From NCBI RefSeq assembly GCF_050920415.1, contig NZ_CP169309.1: a stretch of 64,000 nt of DNA, one strand, 5' to 3'. The position numbers and the translations under genes are program-made. Of the stretch, positions 1-22,493 are shown in pieces. Every line of letters starts with the position of its first letter. Positions within the stretch are counted from its first letter, which is position 1. The notes beneath the pieces are model-generated. The model saw nothing but the letters and a program-made list of their open reading frames with translations, ran no database searches and was not told the origin of the DNA. The stretch comes from Escherichia coli. GTDB lineage: Bacteria; Pseudomonadota; Gammaproteobacteria; Enterobacterales; Enterobacteriaceae.

Positions 1-469
<469 letters not shown>

Positions 470-593
470 TTATCCAGTATGTAAAATAATTGTTATGTGG
501 TCGGATGAGTTCTAATTTAGCCGTCGCCGGGGAAAAGGGAAAAGGGGAATGCGGGGTTTGTGATGGGAATCAAAAAGAATACGCTGGTGGTAA

Positions 594-782
<189 letters not shown>

Positions 783-789
783 TTGCAAA

Positions 790-5842
<5,053 letters not shown>

Positions 5843-5854
5843 ATGCCGCCGTAA

Positions 5855-10649
<4,795 letters not shown>

Positions 10650-10650
10650 G

Positions 10651-10682
<32 letters not shown>

Positions 10683-10697
10683 TACGAATGTGATCAT

Positions 10698-10736
<39 letters not shown>

Positions 10737-10769
10737 TTTTTTGCTATAGTTTAGTAAAATTTTACTTGA

Positions 10770-11114
<345 letters not shown>

Positions 11115-11155
11115 AACAATCGGATGGCGACGTCGTATCGCCATCCGATTTGATA

Positions 11156-12646
<1,491 letters not shown>

Positions 12647-12876
12647 TTACGCAATATTTAATGCTATTTGTTAACATTTGCTGTTATTTTGCACGGTCTA
12701 TATTGGGTATGGATGTGGCGATCGCTGCGCAAATGCACGCTTTTAGGGCAATAAATGCCTGATTTTTGGGCAAGATAATTAACGTTTTCGTATAGTAACA
12801 GAGTGAAAGTATTTTAAATCAAGGAATTAGATTTGTGCTTTAATCGCAAATTGCGATCTAAATCAAATTAATCGGT

Positions 12877-12903
12877 TAAAGATAACCGCAGCGGGGCCGA
12901 CAT
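12877..12903 (+). promoter_or_regulatory. candidate sigma28 (FliA) promoter for aer
   Basis: taaagata-N11-gccgacat matches the class-3 flagellar consensus TAAAGTTT-N11-GCCGATAA, ~50 bp upstream of the aer start. Confidence 0.5.
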
Positions 12904-12952
12904 AAACTCTGACAAGAAGTTAACAACCATATAACCTGCACAGGACGCGAAC

Positions 12953-14473
12953 ATGTCTTCTCATCCGTATGTCACCCAGCAAAATACCCCGCTGGCGGAC
13001 GATACCACTCTGATGTCCACTACCGATCTGCAAAGCTATATCACTCATGCTAATGACACTTTTGTGCAGGTGAGCGGCTATACCTTGCAGGAGTTACAGG
13101 GGCAGCCGCACAATATGGTTCGTCATCCCGATATGCCAAAAGCGGCGTTTGCGGATATGTGGTTCACCCTGAAAAAAGGGGAGCCCTGGAGCGGCATCGT
13201 GAAAAATCGCCGCAAAAATGGCGACCATTATTGGGTGCGGGCCAATGCGGTACCGATGGTGCGCGAAGGAAAAATCAGTGGCTATATGTCGATTCGTACC
13301 CGGGCGACGGATGAAGAGATCGCAGCGGTGGAGCCGCTGTACAAAGCGCTGAAGGCCGGACGTACCAGTAAGCGTATTCATAAAGGCCTGGTGGTGCGTA
13401 AAGGCTGGCTGGGAAAACTGCCTTCATTGCCGCTTCGCTGGCGGGCGCGTGGAGTGATGACGCTGATGTTTATCTTGTTGGCGGCTATGCTTTGGTTTGT
13501 TGCTGCCCCGGTGGTGTCGTATTTCCTCTGTGCATTAGTGGTATTGTTAGTAAGCGCCTGTTTTGAATGGCAGATTGTGCGCCCGATAGAAAATGTCGCC
13601 CGTCAGGCACTGAAGGTGGCGACCGGAGAACGTAATAGTGTTGAGCATCTGAATCGCAGCGATGAGCTAGGGCTGACATTACGCGCGGTAGGGCAGCTTG
13701 GCCTGATGTGCCGTTGGCTAATTAACGATGTCTCGAGCCAGGTATCCAGTGTCAGAAACGGCAGCGAGACGCTGGCGAAAGGCACTGATGAACTGAACGA
13801 ACATACCCAACAGACGGTTGATAATGTTCAGCAAACGGTGGCGACCATGAACCAGATGGCGGCGTCGGTGAAACAGAACTCTGCCACGGCGTCGGCTGCC
13901 GATAAACTTTCGATCACCGCCAGTAATGCGGCCGTGCAGGGCGGGGAGGCGATGTCCACGGTGATCAAAACGATGGACGATATTGCTGACAGTACCCAGC
14001 GCATTGGCACCATTACTTCGCTGATTAACGATATTGCGTTTCAGACCAATATTCTCGCCCTGAATGCGGCGGTGGAAGCGGCGCGTGCCGGAGAACAAGG
14101 CAAAGGTTTTGCAGTGGTGGCAGGGGAAGTGCGTCATTTAGCCAGCCGCAGTGCTAATGCCGCTAACGATATTCGCAAGCTGATTGATGCCAGTGCTGAT
14201 AAGGTGCAATCCGGTTCGCAGCAGGTACACGCCGCCGGACGGACGATGGAAGATATTGTGGCGCAGGTAAAAAACGTCACCCAGTTGATAGCTCAGATTA
14301 GCCATTCAACGTTGGAACAGTCCGATGGGCTTTCCAGCCTGACCCGTGCAGTGGATGAGCTTAACCTGATCACCCAGAAAAACGCCGAGTTAGTGGAAGA
14401 GAGTGCGCAGGTGTCGGCGATGGTGAAACACCGCGCTAGCCGACTGGAAGACGCGGTGACGGTGCTGCATTAA
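12953..14473 (+). CDS. aer: aerotaxis receptor Aer (PAS-FAD sensor, methyl-accepting chemotaxis signalling domain)
   Basis: 506 aa; N-terminal PAS region, central hydrophobic hairpin, C-terminal MCP signalling domain (..ALNAAVEAARAGEQGKGFAVVAGEVR..). Confidence 0.92.
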   Translation: MSSHPYVTQQNTPLADDTTLMSTTDLQSYITHANDTFVQVSGYTLQELQGQPHNMVRHPDMPKAAFADMWFTLKKGEPWSGIVKNRRKNGDHYWVRANAVPMVREGKISGYMSIRTRATDEEIAAVEPLYKALKAGRTSKRIHKGLVVRKGWLGKLPSLPLRWRARGVMTLMFILLAAMLWFVAAPVVSYFLCALVVLLVSACFEWQIVRPIENVARQALKVATGERNSVEHLNRSDELGLTLRAVGQLGLMCRWLINDVSSQVSSVRNGSETLAKGTDELNEHTQQTVDNVQQTVATMNQMAASVKQNSATASAADKLSITASNAAVQGGEAMSTVIKTMDDIADSTQRIGTITSLINDIAFQTNILALNAAVEAARAGEQGKGFAVVAGEVRHLASRSANAANDIRKLIDASADKVQSGSQQVHAAGRTMEDIVAQVKNVTQLIAQISHSTLEQSDGLSSLTRAVDELNLITQKNAELVEESAQVSAMVKHRASRLEDAVTVLH

Positions 14474-14479
14474 TCGATA

Positions 14480-14575
14480 TGCCGCATCCGGCGGTTGGCG
14501 CACAATGCCTGATGCGATGCTGGCGCATCTTATCAGGCCTACGGGGGGGTAGGGCACGCCACATCCGGCAATCGG
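14480..14575. repeat. REP element(s) downstream of aer
   Basis: gccgcatccggcg...gcctgatgcgatgctggcgcatcttatcaggcctac palindromic units. Confidence 0.8.
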
Positions 14576-14578
14576 TGA

Positions 14579-15202
14579 TTAATCCAGTTGGGTAATATCA
14601 AAAGCGGCGCGGTCGATCACCGCAATGATCTTTTTTATTTGTGCATCAGTGATATCGCTCTGGTTGACGCGTAAATCCAGCACCGCTTTAAAATTATCCA
14701 GTGCCCGCTTCATTTGCGGGTTCTGACGGAGTGCAGCACCAACGCAACGCGCTTTGATGCGTTCTTCGATCATCTCCACCTGTTCGCGGTTTTCTTCCAG
14801 CCACTGCGCGCCCTGTTCGGTCAGCGCAATCTGCTTCTTACCACCTTCCTCTTCGCGGATGGTAATTAGCGACTGCTCCTGAAGAAAATCCAGCGTCGGG
14901 TAGATGACGCCCGGGCTTGGGGTGTAATTTCCCTGGGTCAGATTTTCAATCGCTTTAATCAATTCGTAACCGTGGCTGTCATCGCGCGAGAGAATATCCA
15001 GAATCACCAGACGCAATTCGCCGTGACCAAAGAAACGTTGCCGTCGACCGCCGCCGCGACCGTGGCGACCACCACAGCATTGACCGTGTTCATGCTGGTG
15101 ACCGTGTCCACAGTGTTCGTGTTCTGATTTCTCACCTTTGCAGCAGCCTTCATGACGTGGCTGGCCTTCATGTTTACAACACCCTTCGTGATGATGGCTC
15201 AT
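14579..15202 (-). CDS. yqjI: PadR-family transcriptional regulator YqjI (NfeR) with His/Cys-rich N-terminal metal-binding tail
   Basis: 207 aa; N-terminus MSHHHEGCCKHEGQPRHEGCCKGEKSEHEHCGHGHQHEHGQCCGG is a low-complexity His/Cys stretch; C-terminal PadR-like winged helix. Confidence 0.88.
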   Translation of the reverse strand: MSHHHEGCCKHEGQPRHEGCCKGEKSEHEHCGHGHQHEHGQCCGGRHGRGGGRRQRFFGHGELRLVILDILSRDDSHGYELIKAIENLTQGNYTPSPGVIYPTLDFLQEQSLITIREEEGGKKQIALTEQGAQWLEENREQVEMIEERIKARCVGAALRQNPQMKRALDNFKAVLDLRVNQSDITDAQIKKIIAVIDRAAFDITQLD

Positions 15203-15218
15203 ATCAGCCTCCTTTTGC

Positions 15219-15238
15219 TTAATTAGATATATCTAATT
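15219..15238. promoter_or_regulatory. perfect palindrome ttaATTAGATATATCTAATt immediately upstream of yqjI (candidate PadR/YqjI operator)
   Basis: Palindrome seen directly; a second near-copy ATTTAGATATATCTGATT lies at 15451-15470 upstream of yqjH. Confidence 0.55.
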
Positions 15239-15299
15239 TATATCTGATATGAGCGCTCTTGCAAGTGTAAAAATGATTTTTAAACGTGGACTCATCTCA

Positions 15300-15340
15300 C
15301 ACGTAGGCCGGATAAGGCGTTCACGCCGCATCCGGCGTTG
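15300..15340. repeat. REP element in the yqjI-yqjH intergenic region
   Basis: gtaggccggataaggcgttcacgccgcatccggc. Confidence 0.75.
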
Positions 15341-15420
15341 AGTAATGATGCCTGAGAAGAGGCTGTTCGTCTTATCAGACTATAGACATATCAATTCTAC
15401 AAATCGCTTGCATTTATCAT

Positions 15421-15440
15421 GATTAACAATCATTATCATT
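15421..15440. promoter_or_regulatory. candidate Fur box upstream of yqjH
   Basis: gattaacaatcattatcatt resembles Fur consensus GATAATGATAATCATTATC; ~50 bp upstream of yqjH start. Confidence 0.55.
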
Positions 15441-15489
15441 TACGAAAATTATTTAGATATATCTGATTACCATCACGAAGGCGATAACA

Positions 15490-16254
15490 ATGAATAACTC
15501 CCCCCGCTACCCGCAGCGCGTTCGCAATGATCTGCGCTTCCGTGAACTGACTGTGTTACGCGTTGAGCGTATCAGTGCCGGTTTTCAGCGCATTGTCCTC
15601 GGCGGCGAGGCGCTGGACGGTTTTACATCGCGCGGCTTTGACGATCACAGCAAACTCTTCTTTCCTCAATCTGACGTTCACTTTGTGCCGCCAGCGGTAA
15701 CGGAAGAGGGGATCGTCTGGCCGGAAGGACCACGCCCACCGTCGCGTGACTATACGCCACTGTATGACGAACAACGTCATGAACTGGCGATCGATTTCTT
15801 TATTCACGACGGCGGAGTCGCCAGCAGCTGGGCGATGCAGGCGCAACCGGGCGATAAACTCACGGTGGCAGGGCCGCGCGGTTCGCTGGTGGTGCCGGAA
15901 GATTACGCGTATCAGGTGTATGTTTGCGATGAGTCCGGAATGCCGGCACTGCGCCGCCGCCTGGAAACGTTGAGTAAACTTGCCGTTAAACCGCAAGTTA
16001 CCGCGCTGGTCAGCGTACAGGATAACGCCTGTCAGGATTATCTCGTGCACCTTGATGGTTTTAATATCGAATGGTTGGCGCATGATGAGCAGGCGGTAGA
16101 CGCACGCCTGGCGCAGCTGCAAATCCCTGCCGATGATTACTTCATCTGGATAACCGGCGAAGGCAAAGTCGTTAAGAATTTAAGCAGCCGCTTTGAAGCG
16201 GAACAGTATGACCCACAGCGGGTACGCGCAGCGGCTTACTGGCACGAAAAGTAA
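15490..16254 (+). CDS. yqjH: siderophore-interacting protein / NADPH-dependent ferric-chelate reductase YqjH (NfeF)
   Basis: 254 aa; FAD-binding ferredoxin-reductase-like fold (SIP family), recognised. Confidence 0.88.
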   Translation: MNNSPRYPQRVRNDLRFRELTVLRVERISAGFQRIVLGGEALDGFTSRGFDDHSKLFFPQSDVHFVPPAVTEEGIVWPEGPRPPSRDYTPLYDEQRHELAIDFFIHDGGVASSWAMQAQPGDKLTVAGPRGSLVVPEDYAYQVYVCDESGMPALRRRLETLSKLAVKPQVTALVSVQDNACQDYLVHLDGFNIEWLAHDEQAVDARLAQLQIPADDYFIWITGEGKVVKNLSSRFEAEQYDPQRVRAAAYWHEK

Positions 16255-16269
16255 CTGATATATAAAAAG

Positions 16270-16300
16270 AAAAAGGCTGACGATTTCTCGTCAGCCTTTG
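16270..16300. terminator. bidirectional rho-independent terminator (yqjH on + strand, ileX on - strand)
   Basis: aaaaaggctgacgatttctcgtcagccttt: 9-bp GC-containing stem flanked by A-run and T-run. Confidence 0.6.
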
Positions 16301-16307
16301 CTATATC

Positions 16308-16383
16308 TGGTGGCCCCTGCTGGACTTGAACCAGCGACCAAGCGATTATGAGTCGCCTGCTCTAACCACTGAGCTAAGGGGCC
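16308..16383 (-). tRNA. ileX: tRNA with CAU anticodon (tRNA-Ile2/lysidine type, ileX position)
   Basis: Reverse complement reads GGCCCCTTAGCTCAGTGGTTAGAGCAGGCGACTCATAATCGCTTGGTCGCTGGTTCAAGTCCAGCAGGGGCCACCA: cloverleaf with CAT anticodon and encoded CCA; sits between mug and yqjH as in K-12. Confidence 0.9.
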
Positions 16384-16507
16384 ATGGTAGCGGATTATAA
16401 AGTAACTCCGTGTCGCAATCCAGCCATTACCGCTCGCCTGCTGTTTTTATAAACAATGTATTTTCAATCCGTTATACTTTTCCTGGTGATGTTAGAAAGG
16501 AGTAAAT

Positions 16508-17014
16508 ATGGTTGAGGATATTTTGGCTCCAGGGTTACGGGTTGTGTTTTGCGGTATCAACCCTGGTCTTTCATCCGCCGGAACTGGTTTTCCCTTTGCT
16601 CATCCGGCAAATCGCTTCTGGAAGGTGATATATCAGGCCGGGTTTACCGACCGTCAGTTGAAGCCGCAGGAGGCGCAGCATCTGCTGGATTATCGTTGTG
16701 GCGTCACCAAACTGGTAGACCGTCCAACGGTGCAAGCCAATGAAGTTTCAAAGCAGGAGCTGCACGCAGGCGGGCGTAAGCTGATTGAAAAAATTGAAGA
16801 TTACCAACCACAAGCGTTGGCAATTCTGGGCAAACAGGCGTTTGAGCAAGGATTCAGCCAACGCGGTGCACAGTGGGGGAAGCAAACGCTCACTATTGGT
16901 TCGACGCAGATTTGGGTACTGCCAAATCCCAGCGGTTTAAGTCGCGTTTCACTGGAGAAACTGGTTGAGGCGTATCGGGAACTGGACCAGGCGCTGGTAG
17001 TGCGTGGGCGATAA
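16508..17014 (+). CDS. mug: G/U mismatch-specific DNA glycosylase Mug
   Basis: 168 aa; N-terminal [20 protein letters not shown] motif of the UDG family 2. Confidence 0.92.
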   Translation: MVEDILAPGLRVVFCGINPGLSSAGTGFPFAHPANRFWKVIYQAGFTDRQLKPQEAQHLLDYRCGVTKLVDRPTVQANEVSKQELHAGGRKLIEKIEDYQPQALAILGKQAFEQGFSQRGAQWGKQTLTIGSTQIWVLPNPSGLSRVSLEKLVEAYRELDQALVVRGR

Positions 17015-17040
17015 AAAACGCCACCGAAAAGGTGGCGTTT
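17014..17040. terminator. bidirectional terminator between convergent mug and rpoD
   Basis: aaaacgccaccgaaaaggtggcgttt hairpin with flanking A/T runs. Confidence 0.6.
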
Positions 17041-17092
17041 GTGCAAAGGGAAAAGTGCCGGATGTGGCGTAACGCCTGATCCGACCTACCGA

Positions 17093-18934
17093 TTAATCGT
17101 CCAGGAAGCTACGCAGCACTTCAGAACGGCTCGGGTGACGCAGTTTACGCAGCGCCTTCGCTTCGATCTGACGGATACGTTCGCGGGTAACGTCGAACTG
17201 TTTACCCACTTCTTCCAGCGTGTGGTCGGTGTTCATGTCGATACCGAAACGCATACGCAGAACTTTCGCTTCACGCGCGGTCAGGCCAGCCAGCACGTCG
17301 TGCGTTGCCGCACGCAGGCTTTCAGTGGTCGCAGAATCCAGCGGCAGCTCGAGGGTGGTATCCTCGATGAAATCCCCCAGATGCGAATCTTCATCATCAC
17401 CGATCGGCGTTTCCATGGAGATTGGCTCTTTGGCGATTTTCAGCACTTTGCGGATCTTGTCTTCCGGCATCAGCATACGTTCAGCCAGTTCTTCCGGCGT
17501 CGGCTCGCGGCCCATCTCTTGCAGCATCTGGCGAGAAATACGGTTGAGCTTGTTGATAGTCTCAATCATATGCACTGGAATACGGATGGTGCGCGCCTGA
17601 TCCGCGATAGAACGAGTAATCGCCTGACGGATCCACCAGGTTGCGTAGGTGGAGAACTTGTAACCACGGCGATATTCGAACTTATCTACCGCTTTCATCA
17701 GGCCGATGTTACCTTCCTGAATCAGGTCAAGGAACTGCAAGCCACGGTTGGTGTATTTCTTAGCGATAGAAATAACCAGACGTAGGTTCGCTTCAACCAT
17801 CTCTTTCTTCGCACGGCGGGCTTTCGCTTCACCGATGGACATACGACGGTTGATATCTTTAACCTGCTCGATGGTCAGGCCGGTTTCTTCTTCAATCTGC
17901 TGCAGTTTCTGCAGGGCGCGATGCACTTCTTCAGAGACATCGTGCAGTTTTTCCGACCACGGCTTGTTCATCGCAATTGCCGCGTTGAACCAGGTATCGC
18001 TGGTTTCGTTGCCGGTAAACAGGGTAATGAAGTTTTTCTTCGGCATTTTGCACTGCTCAACGCAGAGCTTCATGATCAGACGTTCTTGCGTACGAACGCG
18101 GTCCATCATGACGCGCATGCTGTTGACCAGGTAGTCAAACTGCTTCGGCACCAGGCGGAACTGTTTGAATACTTCAGACAGTTTCAGGATCTCTTCCTGA
18201 GCGGCTGCGTGACTGCGACCTTTCGCTTTGATGGTGTCACGCGTTACAACGTACTGAGCGCGCAGTTCCGCAAATTTTTCGCGAGCCAGTTCCGGGTCGA
18301 TGCTGTTGTCATCATCGGCGCTATCGTCATCGCCATCTTCTTCGTCTTCATCTTCGTCATCGTCCAGATCTTCCTGGGAAAGCTCAGAACCGACGTGAGT
18401 GGCGGTAGGTGCCAGATCTTCTTCTGCGTTCGGGTCAACAAAGCCGGTGATCAGATCGGACAGACGCGCTTCTTCTGCTTCAACACGATCGTACTGTTCC
18501 AGCAGATAGGTGATCGCTTCCGGATATTCAGCAACGGAGCATTGAACCTGGTTGATCCCGTCTTCAATACGCTTAGCGATGTCAATTTCGCCTTCGCGGG
18601 TCAACAGTTCAACGGTGCCCATTTCACGCATGTACATGCGTACCGGGTCAGTCGTGCGCCCGATTTCAGATTCCACGCTGGAAAGCACCTGCGCGGCGGC
18701 TTCGGCAGCATCTTCGTCCGCGGTGTTTTCAGCCAGCATCAGATCATCGGCATCCGGTGCTTCTTCCATCACCTGAATGCCCATGTCGTTGATCATTTGG
18801 ATGATGTCTTCGATCTGATCTGAATCGACGATATCTTCCGGCAGATGGTCATTGACCTCGGCATAGGTCAGATAGCCTTGCTCCTTACCACGGGTGACAA
18901 GAAGTTTCAGCTGTGACTGCGGGTTTTGCTCCAT
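17093..18934 (-). CDS. rpoD: RNA polymerase sigma-70 factor RpoD
   Basis: 613 aa; [35 protein letters not shown]..., acidic region 1.1/NCR, conserved regions 2-4. Confidence 0.97.
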   Translation of the reverse strand: MEQNPQSQLKLLVTRGKEQGYLTYAEVNDHLPEDIVDSDQIEDIIQMINDMGIQVMEEAPDADDLMLAENTADEDAAEAAAQVLSSVESEIGRTTDPVRMYMREMGTVELLTREGEIDIAKRIEDGINQVQCSVAEYPEAITYLLEQYDRVEAEEARLSDLITGFVDPNAEEDLAPTATHVGSELSQEDLDDDEDEDEEDGDDDSADDDNSIDPELAREKFAELRAQYVVTRDTIKAKGRSHAAAQEEILKLSEVFKQFRLVPKQFDYLVNSMRVMMDRVRTQERLIMKLCVEQCKMPKKNFITLFTGNETSDTWFNAAIAMNKPWSEKLHDVSEEVHRALQKLQQIEEETGLTIEQVKDINRRMSIGEAKARRAKKEMVEANLRLVISIAKKYTNRGLQFLDLIQEGNIGLMKAVDKFEYRRGYKFSTYATWWIRQAITRSIADQARTIRIPVHMIETINKLNRISRQMLQEMGREPTPEELAERMLMPEDKIRKVLKIAKEPISMETPIGDDEDSHLGDFIEDTTLELPLDSATTESLRAATHDVLAGLTAREAKVLRMRFGIDMNTDHTLEEVGKQFDVTRERIRQIEAKALRKLRHPSRSEVLRSFLDD

Positions 18935-19128
18935 AAGACGGTATCCACACTTATTTCATGAGGTTGGTGTTGGGCGATTGACCCGCTGTCCTTCAGCCGT
19001 TAACGCTGAAATCCAACGGTTATTTACCGCCAACGATAATTACGAGGGCGTACTTATATATTTGCCGCTGCCTCTCAGTGCGGCTGTCGGGGGCTTCCCG
19101 ATCGCTCTTCGGCACTTAAGCCGTTAAA

Positions 19129-20874
19129 TTACTTTTTCGCCAGCTCCTGGTTTAATGTCCAGAGCTCCAGGCGTTCTTCGTTGCTTAAACCATGCGTGCG
19201 CTCACGAGCGATTAACTCTTCCTGGCGCAGTTCAAGCAGCGAATCAAACATATGGTTGAGTGAGTCGGTGAAGGTTTGCTCAGCAATATTCCTATCTGCT
19301 ATATCGTCCCACATCGACAGTTTTTCAAGGGTGGCAGCATTATTTGTACCACGATAGTGCTCTAAAAGTTGCCCGGTGGTCAGACCTGGCTGAGAGAGAC
19401 AAGTGTTGACCAGTTCTCTGAATAAGCCAAGTCCAGGGAGCTTATTTTCATCCAGATTCTCAAGCGGCGGGACCAATGTCGCTAATTCTGGATTTTGCAC
19501 CAGCAACCCTATAAGTATACGCATGGTCGTGCGTTTTAGCTGTGGAACAGGGCGAGAAACGCTGCTCTCTGCCGTTTTTGGCATTAATCGTTCAAGCTGG
19601 CTGTCATCAAGTATGCCTAATTTGTTGCCTAATTCCTGACGAAGATATATTCGCAGCGTTTCGCCCGGCACCTGCGATATCAATGGCAGTGCCAGCGTAC
19701 TCAAACGTGCGCGCCCGTCAGGGGTACTCAGATCAACTTGCGGCATCAGACTGTTAAACAGAAAAGCGGAGAGTGGCATCGCCTGCTCCATCCGCGCTTC
19801 AAACGCCTCTTTACCTTCTTTGCGTACCAGCGTGTCAGGGTCTTCGCCATCAGGCAAAAACATAAAACGTAGCTGCCGTCCGTCTGTCATGTAAGGCAAC
19901 GCCGTTTCCAACGCTCGCCAGGCAGCATCGCGACCTGCACGGTCGCCGTCATAACAGCAAATGACATTGTTGGTCGCGCGGAACAACAACTGAATGTGAT
20001 CGGCAGTGGTTGACGTGCCTAACGACGCAACGGCGTAATTAATGCCGTATTGCGCCAGCGCCACCACGTCCATATAGCCTTCGACCACAAGCAGACGATT
20101 GGGTTCAGCGTTATCCTGCTGCGCCTCATAAAGACCGTATAGCTGGCGGCCTTTATGGAAAATATCGGTTTCCGGCGAGTTCAGGTATTTGGGGGTATCG
20201 TTGCCCAGCACGCGCCCGCCAAAACCAATTACCCGACCGCGTTTATCGCGAATGGGGAACATCACCCGCTCGCGGAAACGATCGTAACTGCGACCCTGAT
20301 CGTTGGTGACCAACATGCCCGCATCAATCAATGACTGACGATTTTCTGGATTACCGCCAAACCGTTTCAGGACGTTGTCCCAGCCGGGGGGCGCAAAACC
20401 AATCGCAAAGCGGGCAATAACCTCGTGGCTTAATCCGCGTTTTTCCAGATACTGGCGCGCAGACGTGGCAACAGGTTGCTGTAAAGATTGTTGGTAAAAC
20501 GTATTCAGACCGTCCATCAACTGATAAAGCGTTTGCCGTTGATGGCGCTCGATCTGACTGGGGCCGCTGCCTGCTTCAAATGGCACTTCAAGATTGTGCA
20601 TTGCCGCCAGCTCTTCGACCGTTTCGACGAACTCGAGCTTGTCATAGTTCATCAGGAAGTCGATCGCATTGCCGTGCGCGCCACATCCAAAGCAGTGGTA
20701 AAACTGTTTTTCACCGTTAACGGTGAATGACGGGGTTTTCTCGTTGTGGAATGGACAACACGCGTGGAAATTCTTGCCCTGCTTTTTCAGCTTCACACGA
20801 GCATCGATCAGATCGACGATGTCAGTGCGTGCCAGCAGATCATTAATGAATACGCGTGGGATTCGTCCAGCCAT
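19129..20874 (-). CDS. dnaG: DNA primase DnaG
   Basis: 581 aa; zinc-binding CHFH motif (CCPFHNEKTPSFTV), TOPRIM domain. Confidence 0.97.
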   Translation of the reverse strand: MAGRIPRVFINDLLARTDIVDLIDARVKLKKQGKNFHACCPFHNEKTPSFTVNGEKQFYHCFGCGAHGNAIDFLMNYDKLEFVETVEELAAMHNLEVPFEAGSGPSQIERHQRQTLYQLMDGLNTFYQQSLQQPVATSARQYLEKRGLSHEVIARFAIGFAPPGWDNVLKRFGGNPENRQSLIDAGMLVTNDQGRSYDRFRERVMFPIRDKRGRVIGFGGRVLGNDTPKYLNSPETDIFHKGRQLYGLYEAQQDNAEPNRLLVVEGYMDVVALAQYGINYAVASLGTSTTADHIQLLFRATNNVICCYDGDRAGRDAAWRALETALPYMTDGRQLRFMFLPDGEDPDTLVRKEGKEAFEARMEQAMPLSAFLFNSLMPQVDLSTPDGRARLSTLALPLISQVPGETLRIYLRQELGNKLGILDDSQLERLMPKTAESSVSRPVPQLKRTTMRILIGLLVQNPELATLVPPLENLDENKLPGLGLFRELVNTCLSQPGLTTGQLLEHYRGTNNAATLEKLSMWDDIADRNIAEQTFTDSLNHMFDSLLELRQEELIARERTHGLSNEERLELWTLNQELAKK

Positions 20875-20984
20875 AGGCCCCGATTTTTAGCAATTCATAA
20901 ACGAAAATAAGCCGCGCATTCCTTTCGGAAGCACGGCCTTACAACTACAACTCGGTCTGATCGGAGAGCAACGCTCTCGGGGAA

Positions 20985-21239
<255 letters not shown>

Positions 21240-21437
21240 TCAACGCCAGCTTATTTCAAAATGGTGCGGAATTTTACTGCAATTGCTGCTGCTTTGTAAA
21301 GCACCGCGGCCTTTTTTGAAAGGGACTTTTATAAGGGTGAGGAGTATACACGAGGCTTTCTCCAGGGGCGAACAAAGTTTTACATCAACCCGCATTGGTC
21401 CTACACTGCGCGGTAATAAAGCGAGGTAAAACAAGTC

Positions 21438-22451
21438 ATGCGTGTACTGGGTATTGAAACTTCCTGCGATGAAACCGGCATCGCCATTTACGACGATGAA
21501 AAAGGTTTGTTAGCCAACCAATTGTATAGTCAGGTGAAATTGCACGCTGACTACGGCGGCGTCGTGCCTGAACTGGCCTCCCGCGATCACGTGCGTAAAA
21601 CCGTACCGTTGATCCAGGCGGCGCTGAAAGAGTCCGGTTTAACGGCAAAAGACATTGACGCCGTGGCCTATACTGCAGGCCCTGGATTAGTCGGTGCGCT
21701 GTTGGTTGGCGCAACGGTCGGGCGTTCGCTGGCGTTTGCCTGGGGCGTTCCGGCGATCCCTGTACACCATATGGAAGGGCATCTGTTAGCGCCGATGCTG
21801 GAAGATAACCCACCGGAATTTCCGTTTGTCGCGCTGCTGGTTTCCGGCGGTCATACGCAGTTAATCAGCGTGACTGGCATTGGTCAGTACGAGCTGCTCG
21901 GCGAGTCTATCGATGATGCCGCCGGTGAAGCCTTTGATAAAACCGCGAAACTGTTAGGGCTCGATTATCCTGGTGGTCCGTTACTGTCGAAAATGGCGGC
22001 GCAGGGTACAGCCGGGCGCTTTGTCTTCCCGCGCCCGATGACTGACCGCCCAGGGCTGGATTTCAGCTTTTCTGGTCTGAAAACCTTTGCGGCGAACACG
22101 ATTCGTGACAACGGCACCGACGACCAGACGCGTGCTGATATCGCCCGCGCCTTTGAAGATGCGGTGGTCGATACGTTGATGATTAAGTGTAAGCGAGCGC
22201 TGGATCAGACGGGCTTTAAGCGACTGGTAATGGCAGGCGGCGTGAGTGCTAACCGCACGTTACGGGCGAAGCTGGCTGAAATGATGAAAAAACGCCGTGG
22301 CGAAGTGTTCTACGCGCGTCCGGAATTTTGTACTGATAACGGCGCGATGATCGCCTATGCCGGAATGGTGCGGTTTAAAGCAGGCGCGACGGCGGATCTC
22401 GGCGTTAGCGTGCGTCCGCGCTGGCCGCTGGCAGAGTTACCGGCCGCGTAA
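21438..22451 (+). CDS. tsaD: tRNA N6-adenosine threonylcarbamoyltransferase TsaD (YgjD/Kae1 family)
   Basis: 337 aa [23 protein letters not shown]..., divergent from rpsU. Confidence 0.95.
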   Translation: MRVLGIETSCDETGIAIYDDEKGLLANQLYSQVKLHADYGGVVPELASRDHVRKTVPLIQAALKESGLTAKDIDAVAYTAGPGLVGALLVGATVGRSLAFAWGVPAIPVHHMEGHLLAPMLEDNPPEFPFVALLVSGGHTQLISVTGIGQYELLGESIDDAAGEAFDKTAKLLGLDYPGGPLLSKMAAQGTAGRFVFPRPMTDRPGLDFSFSGLKTFAANTIRDNGTDDQTRADIARAFEDAVVDTLMIKCKRALDQTGFKRLVMAGGVSANRTLRAKLAEMMKKRRGEVFYARPEFCTDNGAMIAYAGMVRFKAGATADLGVSVRPRWPLAELPAA

Positions 22452-22493
22452 AACTATTAGGTGCCGGAGAGTCACTTCCGGCACCGTCCTCAC

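Noticed and set aside
14579-14700. His/Cys-rich low-complexity region of YqjI as a possible frameshift or separate metallopeptide
   Set aside because: It is in frame and continuous with the PadR domain; metal-binding tails of this kind are known for this regulator.
17220-18823. Multiple 100-300 aa ORFs antisense to rpoD (and similar antisense ORFs inside ebgA, glnE, tolC, yqiK, hldE)
   Set aside because: They are fully embedded antisense to highly conserved, well-recognised genes and have low-complexity Ser/Arg-rich translations; typical shadow ORFs.
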